DNA of 64,000 nt from Verrucomicrobiota bacterium (GTDB lineage Bacteria; Verrucomicrobiota; Verrucomicrobiia; Limisphaerales; UBA1096), in assembly GCA_030749225.1 (NCBI GenBank), contig JASMKO010000057.1, forward strand, positions 4,724 to 68,723. Reading direction: 5' to 3'. Position 1 is the first letter of the stretch; each line of letters opens with the position of its first letter. The translations under genes were made by a program, and so were the position numbers. The notes below the pieces were generated by a model. It was not told where the DNA came from and searched no databases. It saw only the letters and a program-made list of their open reading frames with translations. Of this stretch, positions 54,224 to 63,372 are shown in pieces.

Positions 54224-55558
54224 TCAGCCCAACACTTCGCGGGCGTAGACGAGAGCCTGATCGCGGGTGGTAAGGTCACCGGCGAGTTGGCGTTGGCGGA
54301 TGTCATCAAGCAACTTCCCCAGCTCCGGCCCCGGCGCTTGGCCAAGTGCGATTAGGGCCGCACCGTCGACGAGTGGTTGCTGCAAATCCGGCTGCTTTCG
54401 GAACTCGGCGAACTTGGCCTCGAGAAACTCGAAGTTCTCCAGCTTGCCGCTTGAGGCGAGGCTGTCGAGCCGGTGCAGCGCCAACTCATCCCGGAAAGTC
54501 GGGCGGAGGAACAGCTTTCGCAGCGTGGCCGAGCGCATTTGTGGCGCGTCCTTCAACTGGTTGTGGTGGCACACGCAGGTTTTCACCGCCGCACTGTCGG
54601 CCTTGGGGAAGCGCAGGCGATTCATGATTTCCTGCACCATCTCGACGCCGATGGTTTCATGGCCGAGAAACCGAATGCGCCCTTCGTCGCGGGTCTGCGT
54701 CACCGGTTTGGCGATGTCGTGCAGCAGCACGGCCCAGATAAGCGTCGTGTCCGCGTCGTCCGGCAGATGACTGAGCATGAGGCGAATGTGGGTGAACACA
54801 TCTCCCTCAGGATGATATTCCGGCGGCTGTTCGCAGCCGCGTGTGGCGGCCAGCTCCGGCAGAACCTCAGGCAGCAGCCGGCTTTCGTGCAGCAGGTCGA
54901 GCCCGCGCGCAGCGTGCGGCGGTCGGAACAGTTTAATCAACTCGTCGCGGCGGCGCTCTGCGCTCACCTCACGGATTGCGGCGGCGTGCTGCCGCACGGC
55001 AGTCAAAGTCCCCGGTTCGAGGCCGAAGCCCAACTGCGCCGCGAACCGCACAGCGCGCAGCATGCGCAACCGGTCCTCGCCGAAGCGTTGCGCCGGGTCG
55101 CCGATGGTGCAAATACGCCGGGCCTCGAGGTCGGCTTGGCCGCCGACCCAGTCGTGCAGTTCGTCGGCAAGCGGGTCGTAAAACAGGCCGTTGATGGTGA
55201 AGTCGCGCCGCAGGGCATCCTCGCGCGCGTCGGTGAATCGCACGCTGCTGGGCCGCCGTCCGTCGGCGTACCCGCCCTCGGCCCGGAAAGTGGCCACCTG
55301 ATACTCATGCCCGCCCTCAAGCACGATGATTACACCGAACTGTTTGCCCACCGGGATGATCTTGCGGAACAGCCGCTTGATGTCGTCCGGCTTGGCATCG
55401 GTGGCTATGTCGTAGTCAGTTGGCGCTTGGCCAAGCCTGACGTCACGCACACAGCCGCCGACCCAAAACGCCTGAAACCCGGCCCCGACCAGGCGATTGG
55501 CCAAGCGGAGCGCGCCGGCCTCGAGGCTGTCGACTGGGAGGTTGGCTGTGTCGGGCAT
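54224..55558 (-). CDS. cca: CCA-adding tRNA nucleotidyltransferase (PolyA-pol head plus HD domain)
   Basis: I reset the start to ATG 55558 (MPDTANLPV...). Supporting motifs are FWVGGCVRDVRLGQAPTDYDIATDA, RADGR.P...F..DALRRDFTINGLFYD, and the HD domain LLHDIAKP. The track ORF's extra 150 N-terminal aa are low-complexity and overlap ptsI. Confidence 0.85.
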   Translation of the reverse strand: MPDTANLPVDSLEAGALRLANRLVGAGFQAFWVGGCVRDVRLGQAPTDYDIATDAKPDDIKRLFRKIIPVGKQFGVIIVLEGGHEYQVATFRAEGGYADGRRPSSVRFTDAREDALRRDFTINGLFYDPLADELHDWVGGQADLEARRICTIGDPAQRFGEDRLRMLRAVRFAAQLGFGLEPGTLTAVRQHAAAIREVSAERRRDELIKLFRPPHAARGLDLLHESRLLPEVLPELAATRGCEQPPEYHPEGDVFTHIRLMLSHLPDDADTTLIWAVLLHDIAKPVTQTRDEGRIRFLGHETIGVEMVQEIMNRLRFPKADSAAVKTCVCHHNQLKDAPQMRSATLRKLFLRPTFRDELALHRLDSLASSGKLENFEFLEAKFAEFRKQPDLQQPLVDGAALIALGQAPGPELGKLLDDIRQRQLAGDLTTRDQALVYAREVLG

Positions 55559-55730
55559 GGCGAATCGGCTCGGGCCGTTGGGACAGTTTTCGCCCGAAAA
55601 CCAGTCGTAATCAAGCCGCAGAACGCACCAGCCATGGTGCCGGCGGCCTGTTTCGCTAATTGCCTTTTCGGAGTTCGGAGCCTCGACTACCCTCCCGCGG
55701 GTGCTGGAACAGCGCAAGACAGGTGAAAAA

Positions 55731-57479
55731 ATGCTGCGCGGCATCCCCGCATCGCAGGGGGTGAGCCGCAGCAATGTGGTGGTGCTGGATCGTACGCGGA
55801 TCAACCCGGCCAAGAGGAGCATCGTTGAGGCCGACTTGGCCAAGGAGGAGGACCGGCTCAAGGCGTCGCTGACGGAAACACGAAGCCAGATTGTCACCAT
55901 GCAGAATCGGCTGCGCGAGGCGATGGGCGCCAAGGAGGCATTGATCTTCGACGCGCACCTGCTCGTGCTGGAGGACCCGATGCTGCTCGAGGAAGTGTCG
56001 CGGTTCATCCGGAAGGATCTGGTCTCGGCCGAGTACGCATTTTACTCGGCGTCGGAAAAATATGCCGACGCCCTGTCCAATGTGGACGACGCCTACCTGA
56101 GCGAGCGCGCCGCCGACGTCCGCGACGTGACGCAGCGCGTGCTGGCCAACCTCATGGGCCGGCCGACCTGCGCTGGGCTTGGCGACCTGGCCGAGCCGTG
56201 CATCGTGGTAGCCCACGATCTGACGCCCTCCGACACGGCGATGATGGACTCGACAAAGGTGCTTGGATTCGTCACCGAGGTCGGCAGCCGCACATCGCAC
56301 ACCGCCATCCTCGCTCGGTCGCTGCGCATCCCGGCGGTACTCGGGCTGGGCGGGATGATCGGCGAACTGCGGAGCGGCCAGTCGGTGTTGATCGACGGCT
56401 TCAACGGCTTTGTCGTCATCGAGCCGTCGGACGAGACGCTATTTGAGTACGGCCAACTGGTCGAACGGCAGGCCTCGATCGAGGAGAGCCTTGAGATCAT
56501 CCACGACGACGAGGCGGAAACGAAGGACGGCCATCGGATCATCCTCTCCGCCAACATTGAGTTGGCGACCGACGTCGAGGGTGTCCTGCAATGTGGCGCG
56601 ACCGGCGTCGGCCTGTTCCGAACCGAGTTCCTGTTCATCAACCGCAGCGACCTGCCGAACGAGGAGGAACAGTTCGCCGCCTACCGCCAAGTGACCGAGT
56701 CGCTTGCGCCTGCCCCGGTGATCATCCGCACACTCGACCTCGGCGGCGACAAGTTGCTCTCGCACGTCAACGTAGCCGAGGAGATGAATCCGTTCCTTGG
56801 CTGGCGCGCCATCCGACTCTGCCTCGAGGAGAAGGATTTGTTCCGCACGCAGCTCCGAGCCATCCTGCGAGCCAGCGTCTTTGGCAACTTGAAAATCATG
56901 TATCCGATGGTCTCCGGCGTTGAGGAACTCGAGGCCGCCAACGTGCTGCTCGACGAATGCCGCGAACAACTCCGCGCGGAAGGCGCGGCCTTTGCCGACA
57001 CCATCGAGATCGGGGTGATGATCGAGACGCCGTCCGCAGCGATGATCGCAGACAGCCTCGCGCGGCGCGTGCAATTTTTCAGCATCGGCACCAACGACCT
57101 AATCCAGTACGCGCTGGCCGTCGACCGGTTGAATGAGAAGATCGCCCACCTTTACGAACCGACGCACCCGGGCATTCTGCGCCTGATCAAGGCCACGGTG
57201 GACGCCGGCCAGGCACACGGCATCTGGACCGGGGTCTGCGGCGAGATGGCCGGCGAGATGGCCGCCGTGCCGCTACTGCTGGGACTGGGCGTCGCCGAGT
57301 TGAGCGTAACTCCGTCGATTGTACCGCGCGTGAAGATGCTCATCCGCAGCATTGAGATGGCGCAGGCACGGGAGCTGGCGGCCTTCGCGCTGGACAGCGA
57401 TTCGCCGAAGGAAATCCTCGCCCGCGCCGAGGCCTTGGCCAAAGCGGCCGTGCCGGATTTTTTCGAGGGAGCGGCGTAA
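55731..57479 (+). CDS. ptsI: Phosphoenolpyruvate-protein phosphotransferase (PTS Enzyme I)
   Basis: I reset the start to ATG 55731 (MLRGIPASQGV...). The phospho-His region is GSRTSHTAILARSLRIPAV. The PEP-utilizer C-terminal part is FFSIGTNDLIQY...GVCGEMAG. Confidence 0.9.
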   Translation: MLRGIPASQGVSRSNVVVLDRTRINPAKRSIVEADLAKEEDRLKASLTETRSQIVTMQNRLREAMGAKEALIFDAHLLVLEDPMLLEEVSRFIRKDLVSAEYAFYSASEKYADALSNVDDAYLSERAADVRDVTQRVLANLMGRPTCAGLGDLAEPCIVVAHDLTPSDTAMMDSTKVLGFVTEVGSRTSHTAILARSLRIPAVLGLGGMIGELRSGQSVLIDGFNGFVVIEPSDETLFEYGQLVERQASIEESLEIIHDDEAETKDGHRIILSANIELATDVEGVLQCGATGVGLFRTEFLFINRSDLPNEEEQFAAYRQVTESLAPAPVIIRTLDLGGDKLLSHVNVAEEMNPFLGWRAIRLCLEEKDLFRTQLRAILRASVFGNLKIMYPMVSGVEELEAANVLLDECREQLRAEGAAFADTIEIGVMIETPSAAMIADSLARRVQFFSIGTNDLIQYALAVDRLNEKIAHLYEPTHPGILRLIKATVDAGQAHGIWTGVCGEMAGEMAAVPLLLGLGVAELSVTPSIVPRVKMLIRSIEMAQARELAAFALDSDSPKEILARAEALAKAAVPDFFEGAA

Positions 57480-57509
57480 CGCCGACGCGACGGCGCTTGG
57501 CCAAGTCCC

Positions 57510-60500
57510 TCACGGCTGCCACGCCTTGAATTCCGGCAGGCGGCGCACGTCAGTGAAACGCGGATCCTTGACCACCCGCTGGTAAATATTGTCCGCCGCC
57601 GCGTTGCTAGCACGGCGCTGCCTGTCAAGCGCGAGCGCCTTGGCCAATGTGGCCCACGAATCCGCCGTCCGATCTCGCTGGGACGCCTGGACCGCCGCAA
57701 GGTCATACCAGCCCTCGGGGCTATCCGGCATTTTGCGAGTCAACACGACCAACGATGCCTCAAGTTGTTTCTGACTACCGAGCTGATTAAAAAACTGAGC
57801 AGCCATCAACAAGTTGGTCGTATTAATCGTCGGCTGCTCAATAACTTTTGCCAGCACACCGACACCCCTTTGCGCTTGGCCAAGCTGCACATGCGTGGTC
57901 GCCAGATCCAGCGCGAGCTCGAAATTGGCCGGCTCGGCAGCCAGCTGGATCTCAAGCTGACGAAGTTCATCACGGGCGATCTTGTTTTGCTGCTCGGCCT
58001 TCGTGCCCTGGCCCAAGTTTTGATAGACCGACCCGATGGTAAAACGGGTGCTGATCTCGAGCCCAGGCTGCTGCACCAGCGCATCGATTAGCTTGAGCGC
58101 CTGATCGTTCTGCTTCAATCGCAGGTAGATCGTGGCCAACTCAAGTGTCACCTTGGGGTCGTCGGGATTTGCCGCGTGCCGCTGTTGCAGCCCGACGAGT
58201 TGCTGCTGAATCTGCTGGATCTCCGGGTCACTCAGCCCCAGCCCCTTTTCGGCAGCCGGCGGCTTGCCATCGAGTACGCCGTTAAATTCATGAATACCAC
58301 GGATCAGGTGCCTGAGCATGGGGCTTTCGGGATCAAACCGCTCGTAGGTGGTGACCAAGTGGATGGCGTCGTCGCGCCGGGCCGTCGCCGTCGCCTTGTC
58401 ACCCGCCCTGAATTCATCATACCCCAGCGAGAGCAGCAACTGGGTAAAGTGCGACAGCACCTCCGGACTATACGGGCAGAACGCCCAGGCCTGCTTGAGG
58501 GCAAAGACATATTCGCGAGTCATCCGATCCTGCTTTTGTTTCATCTCGTCTCGCTTAGCCGCATCAGCCTCCTTCGTAATGGCAAGCTTGTAGTTGTTGA
58601 TGCGCCAGCGATAGATGTCAGCGATCGACGTGCGCAGCTTGCTGAAGGACTTCTGCGCCGGTTCGTCACGGACGAAAGCGGGATCACCGGTATAACCATT
58701 GAGATTCTTTCGCTGGTATGTCTTGACGGCCCAGTCGCCGATCTCCTTGACAGATGTGTCATCAGTAATCCAGTTACCGGTAAGTCGTTCCTGATAATTC
58801 GCCCAGAACAAGCGATCCTTCCGCATCATCTCATCCGTGATTTCCGGAATCTCCTCACGATTAAGTTTCAGAATGATCCCATAAGGCGTGAGGTGCGGAT
58901 ACATCCACTCCAACGGAAAGCTGACCTCAATGAAAAAGTCACGTTCCGGATTTTTATCGAACAAAAGCTTGGCCAGCTTGGAGTTGATCTGCATAACCGA
59001 AACCTGCCCGGCCACGGACACACGATCGCCAATTCGGTTGACAATCTCGCCCGGCTTCAGCGCGCCCGCTTTCTCGCGAGCATCTGCCTCCTGCAAATAT
59101 TCCGCAAAAGCCATCTCCGCCTCGAGTTGGGTCGGAGAATTCAGTTCTAGGTCGGGATATAACCCCGCTTGGCCTGGCGCAACAAAGTCGGCCAGCAACT
59201 CGTCAATCAACCGCCGGTTCAACCGCACTCGAGCCTGTCTCCAGCGGATGTAGCGGCCGTTCTCCTCGACTCGCCTTGGCTGCGCCTGACCAAGCGCGGT
59301 AACTTGCTCACGTAACGCGAGTGTTGTATTCGAAAACTCGACCCCAACAAACGCGGCTTCATCCCAAACCGGCTCACCATCAACGATTGCATTGAATTCG
59401 CTCGCCAGAATTTCGCGGAGTGTGTCGTCAGAAGGCGGGTTGGCACAGGCCTCCCTGCCCTTATCAGAAAGCTTCCCAAGAATGAACCGTGCTAAATCAT
59501 CCTCTTGCACGATGCGCCTGGCCAAAGCGCTTGGTTTCACAATTTGTTCCGGCTCAAAATAGGAACCCCTCGTGCGACGTTCCACCTCCCAGTCCGCTCC
59601 CATGCCAATCATCCACTTGTCAACGGCACCGGAAAGACCAAATAGGAAGTTAGTGCCCAATGCACCCGATGCAAATGGCAGATAAGTTGGATCGGCTAGG
59701 TTCCAGTCGATCTGTTGACTGCGCTGATAGTGAGCTCGAACGGTATCGAGATAAGTGCTGTCAGCGAGCGCATTTTGCGTAATCAGCGCCACATCGCGGC
59801 GGTCGAATTCTGGATCGCGCCGCTTGACCGGGTCGGTGAAGCTCTCGGCAAAAATCATGTAGGTCGGGTTGAATCGGCCGGGATCGGTGCCACCGAACAG
59901 GATAGCGTTCTCCGACATCTCCGGATAAATCGGACTACCATCCGCCTCCGTGTATGGCGGCGCGAACATATCGTGCCCGTACCAAAAACCAAACAGATGC
60001 CCGCGCTGCTCATTCTTCCCCCAGTGCGACAAAACCGACCACGCCGGCAACAGCGCCAGCAAGACCAGCACGAGTATCGGCGATAATGGTTGGCCCCGAT
60101 CCTTTCCTCCCGCATCACGGTGGACCAAGAATAGCGCAGTCAGAAACACCATTAAACAAAACGCAAAACCACGCGTCCAGTGATTCAAGAAAAACTGGGT
60201 CTCGGCCAATTCAGTGGACCAAGCAACCATCGCAAAGGCAGCGGCCACGACAAGCCCAATACCAAGCCATATTCGTGTTTCAATATACCGCCGCACCACT
60301 AGCGCACAAAAAAGCGTCAATCCAAAACCGATCCACATTGCGAGCAGCACGTGTGACGCCGCAAAAAACACCCGCGTCATGTCGCGTCCGTGCTTGTCCG
60401 GTGTCGGGTTGAGTAGAATCATAAGCAACCCAGCCAGGCAAATGTAAATGGCAAACGATCCGATCATCCAGCCACGCTCCCGATTTTTCATCTTCAACAG

Positions 60501-61748
60501 CAACGCAAACGGCAGAATCGCCAGAAGCATAAAAACACCGAATTCGTCCGCTGCCCCTTCGATATACATCTTAATCTGCCCAAGGAACTGGAAAAAATCA
60601 GTCGTCGGATTGGTCTGCTGATATTGACCACGGGTAAACGCATGCATGAAGCCAAGCCAAGTCCTTGGGTATCCCCAGTTGATCGGAGGATTGGTCATCG
60701 AGGCCAAGGGCATGAACAGGTAAAACGCCGCTCCCCCAGCGTAGGCCAAGCCGCTCCAAATAACCTTTAGCCCGTCGCGTAGTTCTCGAACCGGATTGAA
60801 GCCGCCCCTCCCTCCATCCTGTGCCATTGTTACCAGCCACATCAACCCCGCCACGGCAATAAAGCTTACGCCGAGCATATGAAAAAGCACCTGCATCGGT
60901 GCATTCCCACTGAACAACTCGGTCGCACCAACCGCCATCCCCACCAACACCAGTAGGTAAACCAGCGCGTTGATGGTGAAAAAATTTCGCCCCAGCCGCG
61001 GGTGCGCGAACAGGATCACCGTCTCGATTCCCATCGCCGCAACGATCAACGTCTGGTGGTTGCACAGGCAGATGCCAAACCAGAAAAACGTCCAGTACAA
61101 GTAACGCATTCGCGCCGTGTCCTGCGTCCAGCGGTACAGACAACACAACACGCCCATCAACGAGAGCACACTTAACGTGTAAACCTCCACGATCACCGCC
61201 TGACTCCACATGAACCCGCTGAAGCCGAGCATCAATCCCGCCACGCAGCCGCCCACGAGCGTGATGCGCTTGGTCAAGCGCTCCTCCACACCACCAAGCC
61301 ACTCAATGCTCTCAATGATTCGCGCTGAAGCACGGCAGGTCAGCAGCGCCAGCAAACCGCTCGACAATGCCGCTGCGAAAGCCGAAGACAACGCCACGCG
61401 AAACGCGATGTTTGAGATTGGCACCAGCTTAGTGAACAGCCATGTGTACAGTGTCCAGACCGGGTAGCCGGGCGGATGCGGCACACCTGCATACATCGAG
61501 CCAACTGCCAACTCGCCGCAGTCCTCCAACGTCAGGTCCGGCGAAATCGTGAGACAATAGCCAAGCAGCGTCACCAGCGTGGTAATGCCAAATGCCAGCC
61601 AATCCACAGGCCGGAAGAACGACTCCCCGGCAGCGAGTGCCTTGTCCGTCTTCAGCCAAGCCGGCATCGGGTCAGACGCAACCGGCCGCGCAGCAACCGG
61701 CTTTGGACGGCTGGACCGCTTCACTCGTTCTCTCTTGTTTTGCCCCAT
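57510..61748 (-). CDS. DUF2723 (TMEM260-like, putative glycosyltransferase-C fold) polytopic membrane protein with a long TPR C-terminal region
   Basis: I reset the start to ATG 61748 (MGQNKRERVK...). The DUF2723 signature is SPDLTLEDCGELAVGSMYAGVPHPPGYPVWTLYTW. There are more than 10 TM segments followed by TPR-like repeats. Confidence 0.78.
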   Translation of the reverse strand: MGQNKRERVKRSSRPKPVAARPVASDPMPAWLKTDKALAAGESFFRPVDWLAFGITTLVTLLGYCLTISPDLTLEDCGELAVGSMYAGVPHPPGYPVWTLYTWLFTKLVPISNIAFRVALSSAFAAALSSGLLALLTCRASARIIESIEWLGGVEERLTKRITLVGGCVAGLMLGFSGFMWSQAVIVEVYTLSVLSLMGVLCCLYRWTQDTARMRYLYWTFFWFGICLCNHQTLIVAAMGIETVILFAHPRLGRNFFTINALVYLLVLVGMAVGATELFSGNAPMQVLFHMLGVSFIAVAGLMWLVTMAQDGGRGGFNPVRELRDGLKVIWSGLAYAGGAAFYLFMPLASMTNPPINWGYPRTWLGFMHAFTRGQYQQTNPTTDFFQFLGQIKMYIEGAADEFGVFMLLAILPFALLLKMKNRERGWMIGSFAIYICLAGLLMILLNPTPDKHGRDMTRVFFAASHVLLAMWIGFGLTLFCALVVRRYIETRIWLGIGLVVAAAFAMVAWSTELAETQFFLNHWTRGFAFCLMVFLTALFLVHRDAGGKDRGQPLSPILVLVLLALLPAWSVLSHWGKNEQRGHLFGFWYGHDMFAPPYTEADGSPIYPEMSENAILFGGTDPGRFNPTYMIFAESFTDPVKRRDPEFDRRDVALITQNALADSTYLDTVRAHYQRSQQIDWNLADPTYLPFASGALGTNFLFGLSGAVDKWMIGMGADWEVERRTRGSYFEPEQIVKPSALARRIVQEDDLARFILGKLSDKGREACANPPSDDTLREILASEFNAIVDGEPVWDEAAFVGVEFSNTTLALREQVTALGQAQPRRVEENGRYIRWRQARVRLNRRLIDELLADFVAPGQAGLYPDLELNSPTQLEAEMAFAEYLQEADAREKAGALKPGEIVNRIGDRVSVAGQVSVMQINSKLAKLLFDKNPERDFFIEVSFPLEWMYPHLTPYGIILKLNREEIPEITDEMMRKDRLFWANYQERLTGNWITDDTSVKEIGDWAVKTYQRKNLNGYTGDPAFVRDEPAQKSFSKLRTSIADIYRWRINNYKLAITKEADAAKRDEMKQKQDRMTREYVFALKQAWAFCPYSPEVLSHFTQLLLSLGYDEFRAGDKATATARRDDAIHLVTTYERFDPESPMLRHLIRGIHEFNGVLDGKPPAAEKGLGLSDPEIQQIQQQLVGLQQRHAANPDDPKVTLELATIYLRLKQNDQALKLIDALVQQPGLEISTRFTIGSVYQNLGQGTKAEQQNKIARDELRQLEIQLAAEPANFELALDLATTHVQLGQAQRGVGVLAKVIEQPTINTTNLLMAAQFFNQLGSQKQLEASLVVLTRKMPDSPEGWYDLAAVQASQRDRTADSWATLAKALALDRQRRASNAAADNIYQRVVKDPRFTDVRRLPEFKAWQP

Positions 61749-61876
61749 CAGGAATGCGCCGTGGCGCGAAGGCGGCCAAGCTAACACCCGGCCGTGACTA
61801 AAATCCATCCCTGAATCCTTTCAAAAAACCATTGCCTGTTGCCACCTTGGACGGTTTCGCGGCAGAGTCGCCGCCA

Positions 61877-62374
61877 ATGGTGCTGCCTCACAAGATCGCC
61901 ACCCTGCTCTACTGCTTCGATGCCGCCGACCGGTTGCTACTGCTCGAGCGCGCGCAGGAACCCAACCTTGGCAAATGGAGTCCGCCTGGCGGTAAGGTAC
62001 ACGCCGACCACGGTGAGTCGCCGTACGCCTGCGCCTGCCGCGAGGCTCAGGAGGAGATGGGGCTTATCCTCCGCCCAGACCACCTTCACCTCACTGGCCT
62101 CATCAGTGAAGACGGCTACGAAGGCAGCACACACTGGTACATGTTTCTGTTCGAGGTACTGCCGCGCTTGGCCAAACTGCCGCCGCCCTGCCGAGAGGGA
62201 CGATTCGGTTTTTTTAACAACACTGAAATGGCGAATCTCGATGTGCCGCGCACCGATCGCGAACAACTTTGGCCGCTGTTCCAGCAGCACCGCGGTGGCT
62301 TCTTCTCCGGGCATTGCCACTGCCTCGCAGGTGATGCCTTCGAGTGGACAACAGAAGAATCAATCCATGTCTGA
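61877..62374 (+). CDS. NUDIX hydrolase
   Basis: The Nudix box is GGKVHADHGESPYACACREAQEEMGL (…Ex7REAQEExGL). The start could be ATG 61877 or TTG 61832. The 3' end overlaps tadA by 8 nt. Confidence 0.75.
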   Translation: MVLPHKIATLLYCFDAADRLLLLERAQEPNLGKWSPPGGKVHADHGESPYACACREAQEEMGLILRPDHLHLTGLISEDGYEGSTHWYMFLFEVLPRLAKLPPPCREGRFGFFNNTEMANLDVPRTDREQLWPLFQQHRGGFFSGHCHCLAGDAFEWTTEESIHV

Positions 62375-62864
62375 CGAACCAATCATCGATCTAAGCAGCG
62401 ACGATTACTTTATGGGCGAAGCCCTGCGGCAGGCCATGAAGGCATGGGACGCAGAAGAGGTGCCGATCGGCGCGGTGATCGTGCATGAAGGCCGGATCAT
62501 CGCCCGGGCATTCAACCAGGTGGAACTGCTCAAAGACGCCACCGCGCATGCCGAGATGCTCGCACTCACCGCCGCGGAGGAGGCACTCGGCAACTGGCGG
62601 CTTAACGGTTGCACGCTGTTCGTCACCAAGGAGCCATGCCCAATGTGCGCCGGGGCAATGGTACATTGCAGGCTCGACCGGGTGGTCTTCGGCGCACCCG
62701 ACCCCAAGGGTGGAGCCGGCGGCGGCGCGATGAACCTGTTGCAGCACGACGGCCTCAACCACCACTGCACCATCACCGCAGGCGTCGGCGAACAGCAATG
62801 CGTCACCGTCCTGCGCAAGTTCTTCGCGGAGCAGCGTGCCAAGAAAGCCGCCGAAAAAAATTAA
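62367..62864 (+). CDS. tadA: tRNA-specific adenosine deaminase
   Basis: I reset the start to ATG 62367 (MSDEPIIDL...). The CDA zinc motifs are HAEMLAL and TKEPCPMCAGA. The track ORF 61839-62864 is an in-frame upstream read-through with no support. Confidence 0.9.
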   Translation: MSDEPIIDLSSDDYFMGEALRQAMKAWDAEEVPIGAVIVHEGRIIARAFNQVELLKDATAHAEMLALTAAEEALGNWRLNGCTLFVTKEPCPMCAGAMVHCRLDRVVFGAPDPKGGAGGGAMNLLQHDGLNHHCTITAGVGEQQCVTVLRKFFAEQRAKKAAEKN

Positions 62865-62934
62865 CCGCCTGGCCAAACCGAGCGGACCTGACTCATTCCA
62901 CTTAAAAAAGAAGGAATAACCGCAGAGTAAAGCG

Positions 62935-63366
62935 TCAGACGTCAATAACGTCATCGTCATTGGGCCGGGTGCCCGTGCCTGCGGGTCCAGATGCCCGAAA
63001 ATTGCCGACCTGTGCGACGAATTTCTTTTTGACTCTCTCTCGGATGAGGGCGCGGAAGCCCGGCACCATCAGGGCGAAGCCAGCCAGGTCGGTCAGCAGT
63101 CCAGGTGTCAATAGCACGATGCCGCCGATCAACACCAGCAGCCCGTCGATCAACTCCGCCGTCGGCACCCGGCCGGCAGCCGTCTCGGCCTGTATCCGTG
63201 CGAGGATCGAGTAGCCTTGGCTCTTGGCCAAGTACGCCCCCCAAGCGCCAGTGAGGATCACGAGCATCAGCGTGGCGGGCAACCCCACACGACTACCGAC
63301 AACAGCCAATAGGTACAATTCCACCAGCGGAATTGTGATGAACAGGATGAGGAGTCTTCCGAACAT
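62935..63366 (-). CDS. fxsA: FxsA-family cytoplasmic membrane protein
   Basis: MFGRLLILFITIPLVELYLLAVVGSRVG...LLTPGLLTDLAGFALMVPGFR is the FxsA signature. Confidence 0.8.
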   Translation of the reverse strand: MFGRLLILFITIPLVELYLLAVVGSRVGLPATLMLVILTGAWGAYLAKSQGYSILARIQAETAAGRVPTAELIDGLLVLIGGIVLLTPGLLTDLAGFALMVPGFRALIRERVKKKFVAQVGNFRASGPAGTGTRPNDDDVIDV

Positions 63367-63372
63367 TCCCTC

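Noticed and set aside
54224-56008. Track ORF of 594 aa for the CCA-adding enzyme, plus comparable N-terminal extensions of the ORFs at 12882-15998, 32389-34413, 34423-36081, 36085-37671, 37690-38814, 41050-44925, 57510-61808, 52403-52948, 52851-53516 and 12048-12659
   Set aside because: The extensions are Ser/Arg-rich or overlap neighbouring genes. Internal ATG or GTG codons give canonical N-termini (signal peptides or conserved first motifs) and 4-nt stop/start overlaps. I reset the starts accordingly.
61839-62864. 341-aa ORF suggesting a NUDIX-frame/TadA fusion
   Set aside because: The upstream 176 codons are an alternative frame of the NUDIX gene with Arg/Pro/Ser-rich nonsense composition. 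TadA homology begins at the ATG at 62367.
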